Assembly (NCBI GenBank): GCA_964558015.1
Contig: CAZLCT010000002.1
Location: 1-61,860, forward strand
From: an uncultured bacterium
GTDB taxonomy: Bacteria > Omnitrophota > Omnitrophia > JAHJGZ01
DNA length: 61,860 nt
Direction of reading: 5' to 3'
How positions within the stretch are numbered: position 1 is the first letter of the stretch; the number at the start of each line of letters is the position of its first letter. Both the position numbers and the translations under genes were made by a program. Of this stretch, positions 30,976 through 39,833 are shown piece after piece. The notes below the pieces were generated by a model. It was not told the origin of the DNA, did no database searches, and saw only the letters and a list, made by a program, of their open reading frames with translations.

Positions 30976-31641
30976 TCATCGAACTTTCATAATTATAGAA
31001 TCATTCAATTTACCGAGAAGTTCTTCTACATCTTCATAAATTTCAGCCGCTCCTTCTTTCCGCAACACTTCGGAATGATATCCTCCTGTTAATACACAAA
31101 TACATTTTAAATTTGCTTGACGGGAGGCCCGAATGTCCCAAATGCTATCACCAATGACTAAAGAGGAATTTGTGGAAAATTTTCCTTTCTTAAGAATATC
31201 TAGAAATATATCAGGATCAGGCTTTGTACGAATATTGTCAGTTGAAGTGTTAACAAAATCAAAAATATTATTATGAGAAAAAAGACCAAGATAATGATCA
31301 ACAATATCCGAAGAACTAGAACTTGCTAAAGCTAACGAAAGCCCTAAAGATTTAAGCCGCATGCATGACTCTTGTGCTTTGGGGAAGAGTTCAACACGTG
31401 GGAGGAAAGTTCCTTTATAAATCTCAACTGCCCTTCTGCGCAGATCGATGCCATGTTCTTTGTACCATTCGGCAGAAGTCAAGGAGGGAATCGCCTTATC
31501 ACATCCCATGCCTATAACCTTTTGGATACGCGATCGATTAATACTTAAACCAAAATGTCTATAAGCATTGTGATATGCCTCAATAAAAAAATATACACTA
31601 TCAACAAGTGTACCATCAGCATCAAATATAACTGTCTTCAT
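30976..31641 (-). CDS. HAD-superfamily hydrolase (subfamily IA, phosphoglycolate phosphatase-like)
   Basis: Motif I is FDADGTLVDS. The C-terminal motif is VIGDSIWDI. Confidence 0.75.
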   Translation of the reverse strand: MKTVIFDADGTLVDSVYFFIEAYHNAYRHFGLSINRSRIQKVIGMGCDKAIPSLTSAEWYKEHGIDLRRRAVEIYKGTFLPRVELFPKAQESCMRLKSLGLSLALASSSSSDIVDHYLGLFSHNNIFDFVNTSTDNIRTKPDPDIFLDILKKGKFSTNSSLVIGDSIWDIRASRQANLKCICVLTGGYHSEVLRKEGAAEIYEDVEELLGKLNDSIIMKVR

Positions 31642-31701
31642 AAAATGATTATGGGAGGAAAATAAGAAAGCATGAGCTTACATATAGAGCATACACAATA
31701 G

Positions 31702-32019
31702 TTAAAACTTCATGCCATGTTTTTTAAGAAAATCCATGTCATGACTGTTAAGCTCAAACTTTAGGTCAGCGGATTCGCTGCTTTTATGTATTAAATCATT
31801 GATACCGTCTTCACCCAGCTCCTCGATGTCAGCCTCATCCAAATCATCCAAAGGAAAAGGTAAAAAGGTGAAGAAACAGAGGTTTAGATTGATATCTTTT
31901 TTCCCGAAAAATTCATTTAATTCTTTCGGATCTATCTTTTGATTCTTCAACATGTTCTTGAGTAATGTTAAAAGTTTACTAACGTTCTTGTTGAAGTCTT
32001 CGTTTGGATTGAATTTCAT
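31702..32019 (-). CDS. Hypothetical acidic protein
   Basis: 105-aa ORF in an operon-like position. No recognisable motif. Confidence 0.45.
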   Translation of the reverse strand: MKFNPNEDFNKNVSKLLTLLKNMLKNQKIDPKELNEFFGKKDINLNLCFFTFLPFPLDDLDEADIEELGEDGINDLIHKSSESADLKFELNSHDMDFLKKHGMKF

Positions 32020-32053
32020 TTTTTCCTCCTTGTTTAACTATCCTATTGTAATA

Positions 32054-32545
32054 CTATTCGAGCATAGTTTCAATCTCTTTTGATGAGGGCGTACGATGAG
32101 CCCGAAAAGAAATAACTCCCTCCCTGTTAATCAATATATTTGTGGGGATTCCAACAACTTCATATTCACGAGCGGCTGTCCTATTACCATCATGCCATAC
32201 CGTATAATTAATGCCGTTTCTTTGAATAAAATTAGGCAAAACACTTCGTGAATTATCAAGGCTTACTGCAACTACCTTTAATCCCCTTTCTGAATACTCA
32301 TTATTAATATTGTTAAGATCCGGAACTTCCCTACTGCATGGCGGACACCACGTTGCAAAAAAAACTAATAGCATAGGATCCTTACCTATATAATCTCCTA
32401 ATGACACAGGATTTCCTTTCATATCAGAAGAAGTAAAATTAGCGGCTAAATCACCTTCACCCCGCGGCGTGGCAGTAGCATTTGTACATGAAATTGAAAT
32501 TACCATAAAAAAAACAATACACAGTGTATAAAATTTATTTATCAT
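32054..32545 (-). CDS. TlpA/ResA-like thiol-disulfide oxidoreductase (thioredoxin fold), exported
   Basis: Hydrophobic N-terminus (VFFMVISISC) and a WCPPC active site in the redoxin context FFATWCPPCSREVPDL. Confidence 0.75.
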   Translation of the reverse strand: MINKFYTLCIVFFMVISISCTNATATPRGEGDLAANFTSSDMKGNPVSLGDYIGKDPMLLVFFATWCPPCSREVPDLNNINNEYSERGLKVVAVSLDNSRSVLPNFIQRNGINYTVWHDGNRTAAREYEVVGIPTNILINREGVISFRAHRTPSSKEIETMLE

Positions 32546-32560
32546 ATCTTCACCTCGTAT

Positions 32561-33499
32561 TTATAATACCTTTTTATCTTTTATAGTTTCTAAATAATTT
32601 TGTGCCTGAAGGGCAGCCTGACAACCCTCACCACAGGCTGCAATCAGCTGCCACTCGCATCCGCTACGCACTTCACCGCAGACAAAAATTCCGGGTACAA
32701 CACTTTGAAAACTTCCGTCGGTCTTGATATGCTTTTTATCATCAAACTCTACTAATCCTTCAACTATCTTTGAGGCCGGGTCATGTCCTATAAAAACGAA
32801 AACACCGTCCAACTTTAAATCACTTTTTTCATTTGTCTTAACGTTCTTTATAACTACCTTATCGACCAAATTATTCCCTTTTATTTCAGTTACCACCGAA
32901 TCCCAAATAAAACTAATCTTATCGTTACCTTCGGCTTTTCTTTGTAAAATATGTTCGGCACGTAACTGGTCTCGCCTGTGAATAATATAAACTTTACGAG
33001 CAAATTTTGTTAAGTATAAACCTTCTTGAAGGGCAGAATCACCGCCCCCTATTACAGCAACTGTTTTGTCTCTAAAAAAAGGGGCGTCACATGTTGCGCA
33101 ATAAGAAACCCCTTTTCCTATAAACTCAGCCTCACCAGGCACATTAAGCATCCGAGCATGAGCGCCGGTAGCTAATATTACGATTCTACCGTGATATAAA
33201 CCTTCATTTGTCTTAACCGTAAAACCGTCAGCATTTTTTTCGATATTAATTACCTCTTCATTTTGTATAATAGTACCAAATTTCCTAGCCTGTCTTTCCA
33301 TCCTCTGTGCAATATCCGGGCCTAAAACCCCTTCTGGAAAACCCGGAAAATTATCAACCATATCCGTAATAGCAATCTGCCCACCGAGAATACTCTTTTC
33401 AAAAAGAATTGTTTTCAAATCAGCGCGAGATGAATAAAGCGCCGCCGTAAGCCCCGCTCCACCTCCGCCTATAATAATTACATCATAAAATTTATCCAT
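32561..33499 (-). CDS. trxB: Thioredoxin-disulfide reductase
   Basis: IIIGGGGAG FAD motif, CATCDAPFF redox centre and VIGGGDSA NADPH motif over 312 aa. Confidence 0.9.
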   Translation of the reverse strand: MDKFYDVIIIGGGGAGLTAALYSSRADLKTILFEKSILGGQIAITDMVDNFPGFPEGVLGPDIAQRMERQARKFGTIIQNEEVINIEKNADGFTVKTNEGLYHGRIVILATGAHARMLNVPGEAEFIGKGVSYCATCDAPFFRDKTVAVIGGGDSALQEGLYLTKFARKVYIIHRRDQLRAEHILQRKAEGNDKISFIWDSVVTEIKGNNLVDKVVIKNVKTNEKSDLKLDGVFVFIGHDPASKIVEGLVEFDDKKHIKTDGSFQSVVPGIFVCGEVRSGCEWQLIAACGEGCQAALQAQNYLETIKDKKVL

Positions 33500-33569
33500 A
33501 CATTCCTCTTTAATTGACGAAATACCTCTTAAGGATATTCAAATTACTATGCATATAAAAAGCTCATTA

Positions 33570-33971
33570 TTATGGTTGGATACCAGCTTCTTCAAGAACA
33601 GACTCATTAACAAAAATTGGGGTTTCTGCACGCAGAGCAAGCGCTATACTGTCGCTTGGGCGGGCATCAATAAATACTTCCTTCCCTTCATTATTTTCTA
33701 TGACTAACTTTGCAAAAAAAGTTCTGTTATGCAATTTATCAATAATAACCCTTTTCAGTTTTGCACCCAATTCAATAATGGTATTATTTAATAAATCATG
33801 CGTAAGAGGCCTTGGTGGCTGCATACCGCTCAATTTCAGTTTTATTGCATTTACTTCGGATATACCAATAACGACAGGCAAAAGAGTGTCTCCCTCGATT
33901 TCTTTAAGAACGATAACCTGCTCGCTTCTTTTCTCATCAATTTTAATACGATTAATCTGCATTTCTTTCAT
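33570..33971 (-). CDS. Bifunctional nuclease family protein (DUF151/BFN domain)
   Basis: LPVVIGISEVNAI, PRPLTHDLL and ARPSDSIALALR motifs. Confidence 0.7.
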   Translation of the reverse strand: MKEMQINRIKIDEKRSEQVIVLKEIEGDTLLPVVIGISEVNAIKLKLSGMQPPRPLTHDLLNNTIIELGAKLKRVIIDKLHNRTFFAKLVIENNEGKEVFIDARPSDSIALALRAETPIFVNESVLEEAGIQP

Positions 33972-33985
33972 ATTTAACCTCTAAT

Positions 33986-34435
33986 CTATTTACGTGCTTG
34001 CTTAATCTCTTCTAAACCTACAGCAGCTAATTTACCCCATTCATCATTGGGATTTGTCTGTAAAATCTGCTTATACACCTTCTCGGCTTTATCTAAATTC
34101 CCTACTTTTTGATAACTTGCAGCTATATAATAATTAATTGCCACGGCTAAAATATCACGTTTATAATTATTTACAAATTCCTCGCCTAATTCTATTGTCT
34201 CTCTATATTTTTTAGCATCAAATAATGTTTGAACATTATAATATTCCTGTTGAATAGGATTAAGCGGTTTATAAAAAAATGTTTTCTCAACCTGAGCTGG
34301 TTCTTCCGTTAAAGTTGTACATCCACTTATAAATAACATAATCAAAATAAAAATATCAACAAAATAAATTTTTTTCATAAAAACCTCGCTTCTATTCTGT
34401 ATTCTAACATAAATTACTTCAATGTTATAATGCAA
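33986..34435 (-). CDS. TPR-like lipoprotein
   Basis: Lipobox LFISGC and TPR-like helices (AINYYIAASYQKVGNLDKAEKVYKQIL). The start is probably ATG 34378 (MKKIYF). Confidence 0.6.
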   Translation of the reverse strand: MHYNIEVIYVRIQNRSEVFMKKIYFVDIFILIMLFISGCTTLTEEPAQVEKTFFYKPLNPIQQEYYNVQTLFDAKKYRETIELGEEFVNNYKRDILAVAINYYIAASYQKVGNLDKAEKVYKQILQTNPNDEWGKLAAVGLEEIKQARK

Positions 34436-34529
34436 CTTTCTACTTTAAATCCACACAAAGAATAGATGCTTTTTCTGATTCTAAGATTATGGTTATTAGC
34501 AAAACTTAAAGTTCTATTATAATGAAAAG

Positions 34530-34674
34530 ACTAAAAAATGTAAACCCTGTTAGAGAAAATTTTCTAAAACAACGCATCTAAATAGAAGTGGGGAATTATA
34601 CACAATAGTCTTATTTGCTAAATCGTTAATTATGCTCGCTCTCTAACGGGGTAAACCCTGTTAGATTTTTTTTT
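34530..34674 (+). ncRNA. Candidate ~145-nt small RNA on the plus strand (the only plus-strand transcription unit suggested in the window)
   Basis: Sigma70-like TTAGCA (34496-34501), a 16-nt spacer and TATAAT (34518-34523) lie upstream. An intrinsic terminator lies at 34642-34674. There is no ORF inside. Confidence 0.3.
34642..34674 (+). terminator. Plus-strand intrinsic terminator hairpin plus T9
   Basis: tctaacgggg / taaa / ccctgttaga forms a 10-bp stem with one G-U, followed by nine T (34666-34674). In the minus orientation the run would precede the stem, so it works only on the plus strand. Confidence 0.5.
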
Positions 34675-34832
34675 GCAATATATTTATTCAACTATTAATC
34701 AGTAGGATTATATAAATAAAGTAAATGCAGGCGGTTTATTGATAGGGATAAATTCAGGAGGTCATTTAAAACATCTGGAAAGTGTTAACCCTTGGCTTAA
34801 AAGAGATAAAAATAATTCTTAATCTGATTATA

Positions 34833-37181
34833 TTAAGATTCGGCTCTTTTGGCATTATCGTCAGGAGATACAAAACTAACTCGGGATGAGGATTTCGGCA
34901 AACGTTGTTTGTCTTTTATCTTAGCCTTCTCCATTAAATGTTTATTCTCTTGCTTTAGCTTGACAAGTTCTTTCTCAATAATCTCCTGTTTTGATAATAT
35001 ATTTTTTATTTTTCCCTCTCGCTCGACTATTTCATCAGAATAAGACTCTTGCTGCTTGACTAGCTCTCTATATTCTATCTCCTTCATCGATATCTCTTGT
35101 TGCAGCTTGATTCTTTTCTCAGCAGCTTCCTGCTGCTCACGCTGGGAAGTCAATTCTCTTATAGTCTTTTGCTGCATTTCATTATGCTTAAGAAGCTTCT
35201 GCTCGCTAGCATCAAGATCATCAATCCTTTTTTTCTGTTCATTTATAAGGGCATCCTGCTCCCTAAGCAAACGTTCCTTTTCAGCTCTATATTTATCAAA
35301 ATCATTTTTTAATAGAGAAAATTTCTCGCTAATATTATTATAGTCATCCTTAATATCAGCGAATTTATCTCTTTCTGCTTCAAGCTCTTGTTCTTTTTGC
35401 TTAAACTGTTTCTGCAAATCATCATACTTATTTTCAACCATTTTAAGTTGCTCGTTTAATTTAGTAGAATCTTTAAGTTTTTCTTCAAGATAATTATATT
35501 TAGATTCAAGATCGTCATAATGAACTTTAACCTCTCTTAATTCTTCATTATCATGCTGAAGGTCATCTAATAGTTCCTTTAATTCTTTCTTTTCATCCTG
35601 TAAGCGTTTTATTAAATCATTTTTTATCTGAACGTCATTAGTAAGTTCCTGAATCTGTTTGTTCATACGTTTTTCTGAGTCATTATACATTACAGTGCTT
35701 TCTTCAATTAAGTGTTTTAACCTCTTAACTTCTTTTTCCTTTTCCTTTAAATCTTTAACATTACCATTGAGCTCTTCCTCTTTTTCGTGTAATTGTCCCT
35801 GAAGCTCTTCATATTTTTCCTCTAAATCTTCAAGTAAAGATTTTGATTGCGAATATTCTTTTAGCTCTTCTTCCAAATAATTATACTTATTTTCAAGCCC
35901 CTCATAATTTACTTTTCCTGCACGTAATTCCTCGTTGTCACGCTGTAAATCCCTCAATAAAGTTTTTAACTGATTTTTCTCGGTTTTCAATCGTTCGATC
36001 ATTTCTTTTTTAGTCTTTAGTTCATTATTTAAATTCTTCACTTCCCCATGAAATTGTTTATTATCGTCATCTACGTCCTCAGATTTGGACCGCAATGAAA
36101 CCTTAAGTCTTTTAATCTCGCCGTCTTTTTCTTGTATACTTTCCCTAAAGGTTTTAAGTTCCTTATCGCTTTGATTAAGTTTGTTCTTAAGAAGAGTATA
36201 TTTATCTTGGATTTCTTCAAACTCTGACTTTTTTGCCGCAAGATTTCTTATCTCATTCTCCATAAAATCATACTTTTTCTGTAACGATTTGTGTTCTTCT
36301 TGAATGCGGCGTAATTCTTCGTTATCACGTTCTATATCTTTCAAAGAAACATTCAATTGATCGTTAGCTCTTTGTAGTTTGTCAATACGAACTTCCTTTT
36401 CGCTTAGTTTTTCTTGCAGTTCTACTACATTCTGTTCATTAGTAGCCGTTTTGGTTGCTCTCGTATCTTGTTGATGGCCTCTATAATCTTCCAACTCATG
36501 TTGTAATTTCTTTATTTCATCATCTCTTGCAGATAATGTCTGTTTTGTCCTCTCGAGTTCAAAGCTTAAATATTCGAATTCATTATTAGTCTGCCCTTTT
36601 AAATTCTCATTTCTCTTTAAGGTATATATCTCTTTCTTAAGCTGTTCAATCTCATTCAATAATATGACCTTCTCTTTTTGTTCCTCATTAATGCGTTCGT
36701 CCAGTTTCTCCATAGCTTCACCACGACGATTTACTTTACTACGCTTCTTAACGAGTGATTCATGTTCTTCACGTATACCCTGTATAGCTGATTCTTTAGA
36801 AAGTTTTTCCTTACGCAAAGTGATATTTTCATTGGCACTTGATATTTTCTGCCCAGATAATGAATTTAACTTCTCAAGAGGATCCTGAGGCCATACAGTA
36901 CGATAACACTTACGCCGCAGATAGGTATCGTCGGTTAATAAAATATCGGCATTTACGGATGAAAAAAAATCCTTCACTTTTTTTGCTTGATCGTATGATA
37001 AATTTTCAAGAAGAATTATTGGAGTGCGTTCAACAAGCTGGGAAGCTTCTTCAATGGAAAGGGGGAAAAACTCAACTATCTTTTCTATTGTTTCGGCTTT
37101 GCTTAACTCTGAGTCTATGGGATTTAGAATAACACACCATTGTCTGGTTGATTGGCTGCTTATTTTTTTATGACTGCGCAC
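34833..37181 (-). CDS. Long coiled-coil protein with an N-terminal L7/L12-C-terminal-domain-like module
   Basis: 782-aa E/K/L-rich ORF with a GTG start. N-terminal IEKIVEFFPLSIEEASQLVERTPIILLENLSYDQAKKVKDFFSSVNADILL resembles the ribosomal L7/L12 CTD fold pattern. Confidence 0.7.
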   Translation of the reverse strand: MRSHKKISSQSTRQWCVILNPIDSELSKAETIEKIVEFFPLSIEEASQLVERTPIILLENLSYDQAKKVKDFFSSVNADILLTDDTYLRRKCYRTVWPQDPLEKLNSLSGQKISSANENITLRKEKLSKESAIQGIREEHESLVKKRSKVNRRGEAMEKLDERINEEQKEKVILLNEIEQLKKEIYTLKRNENLKGQTNNEFEYLSFELERTKQTLSARDDEIKKLQHELEDYRGHQQDTRATKTATNEQNVVELQEKLSEKEVRIDKLQRANDQLNVSLKDIERDNEELRRIQEEHKSLQKKYDFMENEIRNLAAKKSEFEEIQDKYTLLKNKLNQSDKELKTFRESIQEKDGEIKRLKVSLRSKSEDVDDDNKQFHGEVKNLNNELKTKKEMIERLKTEKNQLKTLLRDLQRDNEELRAGKVNYEGLENKYNYLEEELKEYSQSKSLLEDLEEKYEELQGQLHEKEEELNGNVKDLKEKEKEVKRLKHLIEESTVMYNDSEKRMNKQIQELTNDVQIKNDLIKRLQDEKKELKELLDDLQHDNEELREVKVHYDDLESKYNYLEEKLKDSTKLNEQLKMVENKYDDLQKQFKQKEQELEAERDKFADIKDDYNNISEKFSLLKNDFDKYRAEKERLLREQDALINEQKKRIDDLDASEQKLLKHNEMQQKTIRELTSQREQQEAAEKRIKLQQEISMKEIEYRELVKQQESYSDEIVEREGKIKNILSKQEIIEKELVKLKQENKHLMEKAKIKDKQRLPKSSSRVSFVSPDDNAKRAES
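35217..36377 (-). repeat. Three tandem 129-aa (387-bp) repeats inside the coiled-coil gene
   Basis: The repeats start at residues L269, L398 and L527. Shared core L...L.DL(Q/E)RDNEELR....Y..LE.KY.(Y/F).E..L...... with an exact 129-residue spacing. Confidence 0.8.
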
Positions 37182-37292
37182 GCTTAAACTCCAAGTTGGT
37201 GCAAATCCTTTTGCTTCTGCCTCCTCTTCTCCTCCGTAAGGATGGGTTAATAAAGTTCTATAAATTGTTTACTAAAGAGGCTAATAATTATA

Positions 37293-37634
37293 TTACCACT
37301 TAAACTTTTCTGCAATATCAAATATTACCGGCATTTCCCATAATTCACCTATACAAACTTTAATGATACCGGTAAACGAAAATATACTACAAATGACCAT
37401 ACCGAATATAAATATAACTTCACCAATGACAGGAATAAATCGTATTAGACATACAGTAAATTCAATAATAAAAAGAACAAGCCCCTGCTTCGTATGAAAC
37501 AAAACAAAATGATTGTCTTTTTTTAAAAATAACGGAATGAGAAATAGGATAGATAGATAGGCAAAAATTGAAAAGACTTTTTCACGAGAAATTTTATTGA
37601 GGGAAACTTTCTCCTCCCTCTCTGTCATATCCAC
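37293..37634 (-). CDS. DUF4870-like small membrane protein
   Basis: IFAYLSILFLIPLFLKKDNHFVLFHTKQGLVLFIIEF pattern with 3 TM helices. Confidence 0.5.
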   Translation of the reverse strand: MDMTEREEKVSLNKISREKVFSIFAYLSILFLIPLFLKKDNHFVLFHTKQGLVLFIIEFTVCLIRFIPVIGEVIFIFGMVICSIFSFTGIIKVCIGELWEMPVIFDIAEKFKW

Positions 37635-37807
37635 CCCAATTCCTATATATCCTTGTATATCCTTAACTTAACGGAGAATATTCTCAACACACGAATAATA
37701 AAGAACTTATGTAAGGTTTATTATACACAGTCGAGGCTATCTGTCAAGAATAAGATATATTTAAAAATTAACAATATGCAAAAAGTAAGTTAAGTCTCTT
37801 TAAATAC

Positions 37808-37844
37808 AAATGAGGAGTCAACCCAATATAATGACTCCTCATTT
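37808..37844 (-). terminator. Hairpin downstream of 37975..38415, a possible terminator
   Basis: 13-bp inverted repeat aaatgaggagtca / tgactcctcattt with an 11-nt loop. The trailing sequence on the minus strand is only moderately U-rich. Confidence 0.35.
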
Positions 37845-37974
37845 ATGTAAGTTGTTCTATAATTTAGGATATAACAAATTAAAAGGGAACTTTTAAGCCG
37901 TGAAATCTTAAAACCGAATATTTTCCCTCTCTTAGCTCGTCAAAATAAGGTGGAAAAAATGCTCAATCCTTTAC

Positions 37975-38415
37975 TTAATTAATCCTTTCGAATTTTTCTC
38001 TTCGTATTTCACGTTTTGTTCTACTTTCGACCAAAGCTTTATTTGCCTCACGTATAACTACTTCATGTGAATCAACTTCGTTCGCACTCTTTGCCTTAAG
38101 GCCTACTTTCTCCAGTACAGAAATAGTGCCTTCTTTCATATAATAAGCACCTTTGCTGATACCCCTCCATACCCAAAGTGTTCCTTTCTTAATACCTCGT
38201 CCGGTAGCAACAAAACCATTTTTTACGCTCTGTCCAAAAGATGATGTCTGTGTCTCAGTAACGGTTTGCACTGACTCTGTCTCGACAGATACAATTCCTT
38301 GGCTTACAGTTTGTACCGAAGTATTTCCTGCAACATCGTCATTTGCTAATGCAAAACATGCATACAAAGGATATACAACAATAAAACTTAAGAATAAAAA
38401 TAAAATTCTCATCAA
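37975..38415 (-). CDS. Hypothetical secreted protein
   Basis: 146 aa with a signal-peptide-like N-terminus. Has a 4-nt ATGA overlap with the upstream ORF. Confidence 0.5.
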   Translation of the reverse strand: MMRILFLFLSFIVVYPLYACFALANDDVAGNTSVQTVSQGIVSVETESVQTVTETQTSSFGQSVKNGFVATGRGIKKGTLWVWRGISKGAYYMKEGTISVLEKVGLKAKSANEVDSHEVVIREANKALVESRTKREIRREKFERIN

Positions 38416-38648
38416 TCTAAATGTTTAATTGCATCCTGAATCAAAGGAAGAAGTGATTCAATCTCTTCTTTTGTCATTCTGCCAAGTTTAGCGAACCTTA
38501 GTTCCCCTTCATTATTCTTATTTTCCCGACTAAATTGAAGTTTTCTGGGCCCTTTATTATAAGAATAAACACTGACAGTCATGCGTCCTAATGCTGTATC
38601 ACATGACTTTGAAAATATACATTCATCTAAGCCTCGGTCATATGGCAT
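38412..38648 (-). CDS. Small protein, possibly PC4/YdbC-like ssDNA-binding fold
   Basis: MTVSVYSYNKGPRKLQFSRE...ELRFAKLGRMTKEEIESLLPLI weakly resembles YdbC/PC4-like proteins. Confidence 0.3.
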   Translation of the reverse strand: MPYDRGLDECIFSKSCDTALGRMTVSVYSYNKGPRKLQFSRENKNNEGELRFAKLGRMTKEEIESLLPLIQDAIKHLD

Positions 38649-38732
38649 ATATTCCCTCCTCTGATTTTGTTCCGTTTAAATTATTCATTTAAGATATTAA
38701 TATATCTTTTTTAATCTAAATACCAAAAATCT

Positions 38733-39200
38733 CTAAACTGCTACATGAAAATTAGGGTCTTCTCTTTTAATAAATTTCACAACTTCCCGCAATAAAAGTA
38801 ATGCATAATGAAATGCATCATGCGCATCCAGCTCTGAAAGAAAACTTCTATGTTCGTACACCAGCTCATCTTGTTTCTGCCTCATATTATCAAAATGATC
38901 TGTAATAGCTTTATAAGACTTCCCCATAATAAGTGAAGTCATCTCAACAATTGTTTTATGCTGGGAACTATCAGCAGGTTTATACCCCTTTAATAAAAGA
39001 AGTGCTCTGCCGGCTCTAAGCATTCCCATATATGAGAGAAGAAATGTGGCTCTATGAGCAATTTCCTGAGTCTTCTGCGCCTCATCAAGATCTATAACCG
39101 CTTCCCTCAATAATTCTTCAATATGAACAAGCTCAATATTTTCTTCTTTAAGCTTTCCGTTATTTAAATATTGCTGCGCTTTCTCTTCAAACGTTTTCAT
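38733..39200 (-). CDS. Helical protein, possibly HEPN-like
   Basis: 155 aa, all-alpha. AVIDLDEAQK...HRATFLLSYMGMLRAGRALLLLKGY resembles HEPN helices. No clear Rx4-6H motif. Confidence 0.3.
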   Translation of the reverse strand: MKTFEEKAQQYLNNGKLKEENIELVHIEELLREAVIDLDEAQKTQEIAHRATFLLSYMGMLRAGRALLLLKGYKPADSSQHKTIVEMTSLIMGKSYKAITDHFDNMRQKQDELVYEHRSFLSELDAHDAFHYALLLLREVVKFIKREDPNFHVAV

Positions 39201-39212
39201 TTAAAATTATAT

Positions 39213-39614
39213 TCAAAAAGTCCCGCGTTGTCCCCAAATATGTATTATTAAAGAAATAATATCCCTCCGTGCAACCATGCCAACTAATTTTTTATCTTTT
39301 ACAATTGGTACCCTGCGAAAAGCATGTTTTATAAAAAACTCACTTATTTCATCGATAGTAGCATCGGGTGAAAAAGTCATTACATCTTTTGTCATATAAT
39401 CAGAAACAGTCTCATTTGTAACGGCATGATGTTTAAATAAAGGCATCAAGTCTTTCTCAGTAATCATTCCAACCAGGTTATTATCATCATCAATAACAGG
39501 TAATCCACTAATACGAGCCCCAATAAGAACATTCATTACTTCATAAATAGGGGTATTTTGATTAATGGTAACAATATCCTTAGACATTATTGATTGTGCA
39601 TCATACATAAACAC
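39213..39614 (-). CDS. CBS domain pair protein
   Basis: Two CBS repeats: IMSKDIVTI...ISGLPVIDDDNNLVGMITEKDL and YMTKDVMTF...RRVPIVKDKKLVGMVARRDI. Confidence 0.8.
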   Translation of the reverse strand: MFMYDAQSIMSKDIVTINQNTPIYEVMNVLIGARISGLPVIDDDNNLVGMITEKDLMPLFKHHAVTNETVSDYMTKDVMTFSPDATIDEISEFFIKHAFRRVPIVKDKKLVGMVARRDIISLIIHIWGQRGTF

Positions 39615-39833
39615 AAAACTCCTTTAGAATATATAATATCTATAATAATATTATATTAAATTATATATTATTTAATACATCTAATTTAATATGTTACAAC
39701 ATAAATCTTTTCGTATCAAGCAATTTTAATCGACACTTATGGTATAAATATAATCTGGTACAATTGAACGTCATTTGAAAAATTCATGGGGTGGTTAGGT
39801 GAGCCTGATAACAATTGTTACCTTTTCACTTCT

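Noticed and set aside
34540-34665. CRISPR-like or other repeat array from the 15-nt direct repeat gtaaaccctgttaga
   Set aside because: There are only two copies 111 bp apart and no cas genes. It is better explained as part of a hairpin or alternative pairing in a candidate sRNA.
39806-39823. Palindrome gataacaattgttacc just downstream of the TMTC-like gene stop, as a terminator or operator
   Set aside because: The stem is only 6 bp including a G-U pair, and no U-tract follows. The evidence is insufficient.
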